In this document: positions 1 to 7,016 of the stretch, one piece after another
Position numbering within the stretch: position 1 is the stretch's first letter
Layout of the letters: each line of letters starts with the position of its first letter
Source of the DNA: Candidatus Hodarchaeota archaeon
Lineage (GTDB): Archaea > Asgardarchaeota > Heimdallarchaeia > Hodarchaeales > Hodarchaeaceae
Assembly (NCBI GenBank): GCA_029856365.1
Contig: JAHQWW010000101.1
Location: 1-13,608 of the forward strand
DNA length: 13,608 nt
Direction: 5' to 3'
The notes under the pieces: generated by a model
Told to the model about the DNA's origin: nothing
What the model saw: the letters and a program-made list of their open reading frames with translations, nothing else
The model's database searches: none
Translations under genes and position numbers: made by a program

Positions 1-57
1 ATGTATCTCAAAGGAAGGTTTTTATAATTAATTTTCAAATGATAATATGGGGTTAAT

Positions 58-438
58 TTGCGTAAGCTTCTCGTTTTTTAACAAAATAAAAAATGGGTTT
101 TATTGGTCGTCTTTATCTCAGGTATTATACTCGGGGGAGCTATCATTTTTTATCGGGTTGTTGAACCTTTGTTTATCATTTGGTAAGATACAAAACGGGT
201 ACCTTGTGACCAATTGCCTAATATGAGTCAAGCAGAGCAAATTTATAATGAACATCTCGACACAGTTGAGCAAATTGAAAACATTAGCCCAGGCAAAGTT
301 TTCGTGTCATTAGTAGAGCGATGTTCTGGAAAAGGGGAAGTAGAAATCCATTATGATACAATGAGTACTCGAAAACAGATTAAGGATTTAATTGGGGATA
401 CTTTTTTCGGGATCCCTTATGTAATGTTCAATATCTAA
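58..438 (+). pseudogene. Probable pseudogene of a small N-terminally membrane-anchored protein; ORF 214..438 is only its 3' part
   Basis: Frame +1 continues upstream of 214: (TTG58)RKLLVF*QNKKWVLLVVFISGIILGGAIIFYRVVEPLFIIW*DTKRVPCDQLPNMSQAEQ...GDTFFGIPYVMFNI. A clear TM helix precedes a soluble domain with two Cys. In-frame TAA at 79-81 and 184-186. The start at 58 is inferred. Confidence 0.6.
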
Positions 439-746
439 GGTAACCGTTCCTTGAGATCTAGACTTCTATTCCAAGCAATATTGTAGGAAAAATTTACGGA
501 AAAAACTTTCTATATCGTTGGATAGGAGCACTTAACCTGTGTAGTTTCCTTCATAATCCCCAGCAAAAATCCCTCCAGTTGTAGCCTCCAGTTTTATAGT
601 GTTCTAACCTCTCTATGAGATTTGATATACTTTTCATTGTGTTTCATAATTGGGTTGAATCTTGGTAAAGGTTGCGAAATTAGTAACGTTGGGTATCACT
701 AGTTTTTACTGATATTGATATTACTAAGATTTAATGATATTAATTC

Positions 747-1229
747 TTAATTAGACATTGCTTTTATCTTATCAGCTATCTCTTTCGCCCAGCTTTCAGC
801 ACGATCTAATTCTCCCTCTCTTAATGGACCTTTTCTTCCATTAACGATGAATCCTTCTGGTTCCGTAATAAGAACCTTATCTTGCTTTTTCAAGTTATTG
901 GCAATTCTTACCGCTGCGTGACCGAAAAACTGTTCTATCTTAGCGAGAAACCCAGTTGATGACGTTCGAGTATCAAAAGCAGCAACTCTAACACTAGACA
1001 TTGACAGTTTTGAAATTTTCTTGAGGAAGTCTTGAACCGCTTCCGTATATCTACCACCATGAGTAGGGGAACCAATGATCAATAAGTCTAATTCTGATAA
1101 TATTGCCTCCTTCATTTCAGTTGCTTTGACTATCCTAACATTATTGTACTCATCAAAAGCTTTTCCCATGGCTAGGGCAATTTGTTCAGTATGACCAAAA
1201 ACTGAATCATAAATAATTAGCACATTCAT
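747..1229 (-). CDS. Flavodoxin family protein (FMN-binding)
   Basis: FMN phosphate loop YDSVFGHTEQIA, then IIGSPTHGG, AAFDT and a C-terminal GPLREGELDRAESWA. ATG at 1229 (alternative TTG at 1235) lies downstream of a GGAG RBS. Confidence 0.92.
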   Translation of the reverse strand: MNVLIIYDSVFGHTEQIALAMGKAFDEYNNVRIVKATEMKEAILSELDLLIIGSPTHGGRYTEAVQDFLKKISKLSMSSVRVAAFDTRTSSTGFLAKIEQFFGHAAVRIANNLKKQDKVLITEPEGFIVNGRKGPLREGELDRAESWAKEIADKIKAMSN

Positions 1230-1720
1230 TAACAAAAATCTCCGTTTGAAAAAAACCTTAATTAAAGTTTGCTTAAATATTATTGGAAAGTGGATTCACT
1301 AATTAGCAAAAAAACAAATACTGTACAAATGAAGCCCTCTTATTACTATAAAGAGACAACAAGCTCATTTCACAAATTTTTCGGAACAAATCGTTGGATT
1401 GGTTAATGTATATTTACATATAGACTATGTGAAGTGAATGTAAAGCTTTTCATGAGTTAAACGTTGGTATTACACACAAACCTCCTTATATCATAAAAAA
1501 AAACTTCAAATACCCAATGTATGATATCCTGAAAGAGACTTTTGAAACTTCCAAAGCCTTCATTAACAATGACAACATTTTAGAATAAGAAACAAATAAA
1601 ATGTGTAAGAGCTTATTTTTCTAAGATTTAACCATCTGTTTGGCCAATAATTCCTTCTAGATAAAAAAAAATTGTTATTATTTTTTATCTTTAAATATAT
1701 TTGAGTATCGAATTCGGATA

Positions 1721-1738
1721 ATTATTATTATTATTATT
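1721..1738. repeat. (ATT)6 simple trinucleotide repeat
   Basis: attattattattattatt in AT-rich intergenic DNA. Confidence 0.8.
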
Positions 1739-1936
1739 TATTGTGATAAGAATAGTTAAATTCAGTAATAATAAAATAGAAACAATAAAGATCTTAGAAT
1801 AAGATATCTTGGTAAAGATGCCTTGAAGAATACAACCTTCCTCTCTAGAGTGAAGATAACTTGCTAGCTAAATCCTGATTAGTATGGAGTTAAATCAAAG
1901 ATTTCTCTATATTCTTGATATATCCATTTGATAATA

Positions 1937-1978
1937 TTTTTAAATTCTGAGGTGTTCTGAGTTACCTGGTGTGCTCAG
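1937..1978 (+). promoter_or_regulatory. Putative promoter/operator of the toxin-antitoxin pair
   Basis: TTTTTAAAT TATA-like box at 1937-1945. Direct repeat TTCTGAG at 1945-1951 and 1955-1961. Inverted copy CTCAG at 1974-1978. RBS-like GAGGTG at 1949-1954. Confidence 0.4.
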
Positions 1979-2259
1979 TGTCCACAGTTAAGTTTGATTT
2001 ACAAGAAGATTTAGAGGAATTGCAGGCACGAATATATCTTGATACGAAAAAAAAGCTAAGTAAAAAGGATATTTTGGAGCTTGCCTTTCGAATTGGAGCT
2101 AAAAACTATGATCAATTAATCAATGAGATTCAACAGAATCAAATACCACTGAATGACAATATTATCAAATCTGTTCTAGAATTAGCCTCAGACTTCGGAG
2201 AAGGAACTGAAAAATTGTCATCTCAAATTAACAAAATTACTTACGATTTGGAGAGATAG
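1969..2259 (+). CDS. Putative antitoxin (VapB-like, small DNA-binding protein)
   Basis: 96 aa, ending 7 nt upstream of a PIN gene. The N-terminal short strand plus two helices (STVKFD...LEELQARI...LSKKDILELAF) resembles an RHH fold, and the tail is acidic. GTG start at 1969 or 1978. Confidence 0.72.
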   Translation: MCSVSTVKFDLQEDLEELQARIYLDTKKKLSKKDILELAFRIGAKNYDQLINEIQQNQIPLNDNIIKSVLELASDFGEGTEKLSSQINKITYDLER

Positions 2260-2266
2260 TTCAACC

Positions 2267-2689
2267 ATGTCTACTTTTTTGGATAGTTGCTTTTTTGTAG
2301 CTCTATTAAATACGCGAGATGAAAAGCACGATAACGCAAAAAAGCTATTAAAAATGCTTAAGAAAGCTAAATACGGATCTCTTATAACCACAGATTACGT
2401 TGTTGATGAAGTATTTACTACTATTTGGGGCCATACTCATCGAAAAGACTTAGTTATCAATGCATATAAACTTACGTGCCAGAAACCTGAATTCGTCCAA
2501 TTTAAAAAGATTGAGGATAAACATTTTGGCATATCTTGGAAAAAATGGAAACAACTAGCTGAATGGCCAAAGAAACCTCTGAGTTTTACTGATTGTACCA
2601 TTTTAGCTTTCATTGAATCAGAAAATATTGAATTTTTAGTTACATTTGATGATGAATTTGACGGATTAACTAATATTGTAAAAATCTGA
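2267..2689 (+). CDS. vapC: PIN-domain ribonuclease toxin (VapC family)
   Basis: Conserved PIN acidic residues in FLDSCFFVAL, TTDYVVDEV, LSFTDCTIL and LVTFDDEF; 140 aa. Confidence 0.92.
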   Translation: MSTFLDSCFFVALLNTRDEKHDNAKKLLKMLKKAKYGSLITTDYVVDEVFTTIWGHTHRKDLVINAYKLTCQKPEFVQFKKIEDKHFGISWKKWKQLAEWPKKPLSFTDCTILAFIESENIEFLVTFDDEFDGLTNIVKI

Positions 2690-2969
2690 AAGAAGTCGAG
2701 ACTATGTATATAAAAAATGAATATAGCGTTGGTTAAGCCCGAATTTTATATAAAACGTATATACAAGATAATTTTTTGTGGTCAAAATGGAAAGATCAAG
2801 AAAAGAATACCGAGAATAATCAATATCAAAGATAAATATTTTTGAAGACGTTTTTTTGACTGAAAAGTTGGCTGAGAACTTGTTTTAATACTAAAAATAC
2901 CAATTATAATCCCAAACAACAATGATAGGAAACCAAGTCTAAACAACAGGGGTAGGAAAACATATCTAA

Positions 2970-3479
2970 ACCATTGATTTTGATAAGATTTTAGTAGAAT
3001 ATGAGAGTATTGTTAATGCAGATGAACTAATTAATGAATATATTCAGAAAAATTTTGATCTTTTCGAATGGGATCAATTAACATCGAGTATACAAACACA
3101 TTCTTCTGATGAAAAGCGGACATGGATTGTAACCGAGAATAGTAATCCCATTGGAATAATTCCTTTTAACAGGGTAGAATAAGTGAGTTAATTGGAGAAA
3201 ATACAAGTCTATGAAGTCAGTTATCCATTGGATTACACATTTACAAAGGGTCAAAAACTGAAGGAAGCTTGGGGAGTATTTTCAGTTACAGGAGCTCCGC
3301 TTCTACCTGTAAAAAATAATGATAATGAAATTATTGGTACATTATCTATTTTTAGTATTCCCAAACCCCAAAAAGAACTTGCTGCGACAAAAGAAGTCGA
3401 AATTGATGAAGCAATGAAGAAGGTTGGTGACTCTTTAGTTGAGAAATTATTGGAGAGACAAAATAGACAACCTAAATGA
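2970..3479 (+). pseudogene. Stop-interrupted CBS-domain pair (Bateman module); ORF 3192..3479 is the second CBS domain plus tail
   Basis: Frame +3 is open from 2970 to 3179 (TIDFDKILVEYESIVNADELINEYIQKNF...TWIVTENSNPIGIIPFNRVE). TAA follows at 3180 and 3189, then LEKIQVYEVSYPLDYTF...LKEAWGVF...LLPVKNNDNEIIGTLS. Both halves show the CBS 'h-V-x(3-5)-h-h-G-h-h' pattern. Further TAA at 2940 and 2967 lie after ATG 2922. Confidence 0.68.
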
Positions 3480-3574
3480 ACTTGTCAATTTCGATCAATC
3501 AATTCAATTAACTAAAAGCTGCATTGTGAAACCATCTATACCTGTTCAAAAAGAATCTATTCTATTCTCCTTAA

Positions 3575-3639
3575 TCCCCTAAAGGGGACTTGCCCCGTAC
3601 TCCCAAAAATCAATAATAAACACTTTGCGATACTTTGGG
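3575..3639. other. Two inverted repeats between convergent genes (possible terminator or REP-like element)
   Basis: TCCCC-TAAA-GGGGA at 3575-3588; CCCAAA (3602-3607) / TTTGGG (3634-3639). Confidence 0.35.
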
Positions 3640-3754
3640 GGAAAGAAATCATTATACCAATAGATAGGTATAATAACGATGAATGGCTTAAGAACCATTA
3701 TCTCAACACCAGAATAATGGGGATATCAAGATAGGATTAAAAAGGTTGATTAGA

Positions 3755-4798
3755 TTAGCCATTTCGTCTATTCTGATTATCTAAAGATCGTTTAATGACA
3801 AAAAATGTCATCAGAAGGAACAAAATAATCCCAATGAATCCAGAAGTTAGATTAGAAGACGAACTAAATGCTGAACTCTCAGAGATTGAGGAAGAACTCA
3901 TTGTTGAATTCAGAGACTTATCAAATAGGTCTGTTATTCGGTGTTTTTGATATCCTTTTTCTAATTCATCATCAAGATTCATTCTTAAGGCATTATCAAA
4001 GTCAGAATAATAGTAAAGGTAAATATCTCGATTTACTAAATCGAAAATGTGACTATATACTGTAAAACCATCAAAATGGACAGCATTTAGAACTTCCTTA
4101 CACGAAATCACTGATATATTCTCCTCCTGTATGAAAGTATCCAACATTTCTTTTGAGATATTATAACGTTCCCGAGAAGAACCCACATCAGGCTGCGAAT
4201 CAGCAGGAAAAGCTATGTTCTGGTTAGTAGAAATTAAATAATTTTCAGTTTCATTATTACGAGTGAAGATCCATTGACCATCTAGTCCTATACTAGCTAC
4301 TGCAGCATCACCTGTTGCATCAGCCCAATGCGCTTGTAAGCTCACATTGTAATCATAATCGGTTCCGTGTAAAGAAAAGTAATTTTCGATATCCTTGACT
4401 AATTCAAACTGTTCTAAAAAATAAAAATAGTTGTAATAGCTACCAGGTGGGAATGGAGTCTTTTCAGGATTTGCAAATATTGTCTTAGGGGGAACCCAAT
4501 TTTCATCATAACACAAACCTTGATCATTCATACCACCTAATCGGGCTCCATCCCATGGATGATCATTCCCCTCATAACCAAACCAGACATATCCATGTAA
4601 ATCTCCTTGAGGAGGAACAAATGTAATATATGTACCATTAAGACCAGAGTCTTCATTACTTCCAAAATAAACCTCGTTTTCATATTTTACTGTGAAAATA
4701 GTACATGCTAAGGTTTGAGTACAAGAAATACTTGATAATCCGAGTAGAATTATTATAGAAGTCCACTTATTTATAAGTTCCAGTGTATTTGAATCCAC
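3755..4798 (-). CDS. Secreted, C-terminally anchored Ntn-hydrolase (choloylglycine hydrolase / NAAA / peptidase C45-like)
   Basis: Signal peptide ends TLA|CTIFT, so Cys32 is the predicted N-terminal nucleophile. Family motifs FGSNED, GGMNDQGL, HWADATGD, ISTNQ, RY and TVYSHIFDL. A Ser-rich linker precedes TSGF, a TM helix and a basic tail. Confidence 0.88.
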   Translation of the reverse strand: MDSNTLELINKWTSIIILLGLSSISCTQTLACTIFTVKYENEVYFGSNEDSGLNGTYITFVPPQGDLHGYVWFGYEGNDHPWDGARLGGMNDQGLCYDENWVPPKTIFANPEKTPFPPGSYYNYFYFLEQFELVKDIENYFSLHGTDYDYNVSLQAHWADATGDAAVASIGLDGQWIFTRNNETENYLISTNQNIAFPADSQPDVGSSRERYNISKEMLDTFIQEENISVISCKEVLNAVHFDGFTVYSHIFDLVNRDIYLYYYSDFDNALRMNLDDELEKGYQKHRITDLFDKSLNSTMSSSSISESSAFSSSSNLTSGFIGIILFLLMTFFVIKRSLDNQNRRNG

Positions 4799-4940
4799 TG
4801 TTGTAATTATTGAATATTTAGTACAGGAAAACGAGTATAGCTTGAAATAAATTTACACTTCGTGATATATTTTATATATTTTTTTTGAATTTTATATGAA
4901 ACAAAGATCTTAAATGTGTATTGGGGAGAGTGAATGTAGT

Positions 4941-5054
4941 ATGGTCGACGAAAAGAAACAAATTATTAATGAAGCATGTGGATCAGGCTTTTCATTGAAA
5001 AAACTCCGTGAATTAGTTAAACACAAAGAAACAATGGTGGAAGAGGAAGAATAA
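4941..5054 (+). CDS. Unannotated small protein, 37 aa (MVDEKKQIINEACGSGFSLKKLRELVKHKETMVEEEE)
   Basis: ATG 4941 is preceded by purine-rich GGGGAGAGTGA and TATA-like TTTATAT (4891-4897). Composition is protein-like with an acidic tail. It is below the ORF-track length cutoff; an in-frame upstream ATG exists at 4914. Confidence 0.45.
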   Translation: MVDEKKQIINEACGSGFSLKKLRELVKHKETMVEEEE

Positions 5055-5240
5055 TTCCGTAGCGGAATGTCATAATTCCAACCACCAAACAAACATATAA
5101 TATGGTGGTAGAGCGGGTGGGTTAGAAAAAACCGCGATACTTTGTCCGATCTGAGTTTCGGGCCTTCTGAGGGATAGATCAGGGGGAGCTATCCCAATGA
5201 TGATTCTTTTTATACCTACCAAACTAGATACCCACAACTC
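5054..5240 (+). ncRNA. Candidate structured RNA / cis-element containing a box C/D-type kink-turn
   Basis: GC-rich island with successive stems: ATTCCG/CGGAAT (5054-5068), ACCACCA/TGGTGGT (5081-5109), GTCCGA/TCGGGC (5144-5163) and GTGGGT/ACCCAC (5117-5122/5230-5235). Kink-turn: CTGA(5167-70)-GGGATAG...CTATCCC-AAT-GATGA(5203). Confidence 0.5.
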
Positions 5241-5922
5241 CGAAGCTTTCAGTTGATACGTGTATAAGATAATTGAGTTCCTCATTGAAGCATTAGGTAA
5301 AAATGCCTTTGAATATTTCGATTTTATTTCATGTGTGGTTTAATTTGACACTAAAAAACAGCTATCTAAGAGAGATAAAAAAATTTATCAATTAATGGTG
5401 ACATTTCAAAGATTTCATTACTCTGTAGAAATATATCTAAATTTTAAGCCAAAAAACTCCAATAGAAGTTATGGATGGATGTACTGTGGTTTATCCGATT
5501 GAAACTCTAACCTTATTGATACTCAAGAAATTGAACTTGGAGATCTCTATACTGACATTTATATTGGATAATCAAATAATAAGCGTGTTTTATGATTTTG
5601 GTATATATGAATAACGATTTTCCTCCTAAGTTTCGTTGATTAATAGAAATAACTACCAACTTCGCCAAACACAGATTATAATTGTTAAAACTGGCTTTCA
5701 TCTGATATCACTTATAATTATATAATCAGTTGTCATATAATGTTCATAGTACACACGAAGCTCCTTTTCTTCAAATGAAAAGAATTTTTAGGAAAAATGA
5801 AAATTACCAGATTGATGGGGTTGCAATAGCGGCTGACGTACAGGGGGATATAACTTTTTTAATATGATAATACTAATTAGAATAGGTAATTTAAAAGTCA
5901 ATAAAAAGCTTGAGAGAAAGCA

Positions 5923-6648
5923 ATGAAATTCACGACCAGATTAGGAAGTATAGGAATCTTATTAGTTGTGATGATATCAATAGGATTATCACAAGCAAGA
6001 GTCTCCGAACCAATACTTACTTGGCAAGTAAAAACAGGAGATACTATCAAGCTTATCTATACTAAACTCTACGTAGAAGGTGAATCAGCTCAGAACATCA
6101 CATACTGGAATGAGAATGATGAACCAATAAATGTTACCATAACTAAAGGAACCACTCTAGAATTTATAATCACTTACTTAAATACTTCAGTAGAAAATCC
6201 AGAGGTAAGAGGGAAATCCATAATTAACGGAGAAGTAACAACTAAAGAAATTTCGTGGCATCAATCAAATCCAAATGTGATAATCGTTCCAACAATCGAC
6301 AACAAGACATATTGGAAAGAATGGTGTTGCCTTAAAAACTCCGAAATAGAATCTGAAGCATACAGGATTGAGGGTGATCTCTTGGTTTACGATCCAGACA
6401 TAGAGGGAGAGAAGAGTAATTTTGCTGTTAAGATTTTAAGAAAAAGGAATTGGAAAACAGGGTGGTTGATATATCAATACCTACAAGGATGGATAGGTAA
6501 TGAAATGATTGAGGAATTTGAAATTGTAGCAGAGGAATACATAGCTTCAAAAAATGAAATTACATCATTGGGAATGATTTCAGTAGCTTTTGGATTCTTT
6601 TTTGCTGTTATAATTTCATATCGGCATCATACAAGAAAAGAAGAATAA
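5923..6648 (+). CDS. Secreted/cell-surface hypothetical protein with C-terminal TM anchor
   Basis: N-terminal signal peptide (MKFTTRLGSIGILLVVMISIGLSQA) and a beta-rich body with several N-x-S/T sequons (NIT, NVT, NTS, NKT). C-terminal TM helix followed by RHHTRKEE. Confidence 0.8.
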   Translation: MKFTTRLGSIGILLVVMISIGLSQARVSEPILTWQVKTGDTIKLIYTKLYVEGESAQNITYWNENDEPINVTITKGTTLEFIITYLNTSVENPEVRGKSIINGEVTTKEISWHQSNPNVIIVPTIDNKTYWKEWCCLKNSEIESEAYRIEGDLLVYDPDIEGEKSNFAVKILRKRNWKTGWLIYQYLQGWIGNEMIEEFEIVAEEYIASKNEITSLGMISVAFGFFFAVIISYRHHTRKEE

Positions 6649-7016
6649 GATAAAGACGAGTACAAAGTCCAACACAGTTTTATATTAGATCAGTGATGCG
6701 CCGTGATAGGAAAACACAGAGCTATGAGTATCAACTATCCTCCTTCTTCTTTTTTTTCCTTCTCGAGCTCACAAATACTACAAAAAACTGGTAATCAATG
6801 ATATGTTTTAATTTCACGGTTTGATGTTGGTTAAGCGGCATTGGATTATCACAAGTGAACGTCGTCAAGCACATATTTTGCGACATAACTGATGAAATAT
6901 TCTAATAAGTTCAATTGCTTTTGAGTTAAGTAGTTTGAAATTAAGTGAATACATCTGGTTAATACATTTGAGAATAAAGGGACTAATCGTCAATCCATCT
7001 CCCCTAAAGATTTTTC

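Noticed and set aside
433-694. Complete integron attC sites
   Set aside because: Core-like heptamers exist, but I could not find convincing paired R''/L''...L'/R' palindromes or an integrase; kept only as a weak motif finding.
1711-1738. dif-like Xer site (AATTCGGATAA followed by an ATT run)
   Set aside because: Only one arm is vaguely similar; the other is a simple repeat.
58-3479. Genome-wide TAA reassignment to explain the in-frame stops
   Set aside because: TAA terminates intact genes here (flavodoxin, Ntn hydrolase, valS, NTPase) at their expected ends.
3868-4065. 65-aa + strand ORF
   Set aside because: Antisense shadow inside the Ntn-hydrolase gene.
5100-5260. tRNA (TGGTAGAGCG resembles a D-arm), SECIS/selenoprotein, hammerhead, SRP or RNase P RNA
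   Set aside because: No T-arm or cloverleaf; the upstream small ORF has no in-frame TGA and the stem geometry does not fit SECIS; conserved cores of the other RNAs are absent.
4910-5285. Minus-strand ORFs 4910..5092 and 5070..5285
   Set aside because: No recognisable motifs; better explained as the antisense of the 37-aa ORF and the structured region.
5395-5701. Minus-strand 62-aa ORF and short + strand frames (from ATG 5395 and 5471)
   Set aside because: Atypical composition and multiple stops; could be a gene remnant, but there is no supporting motif.
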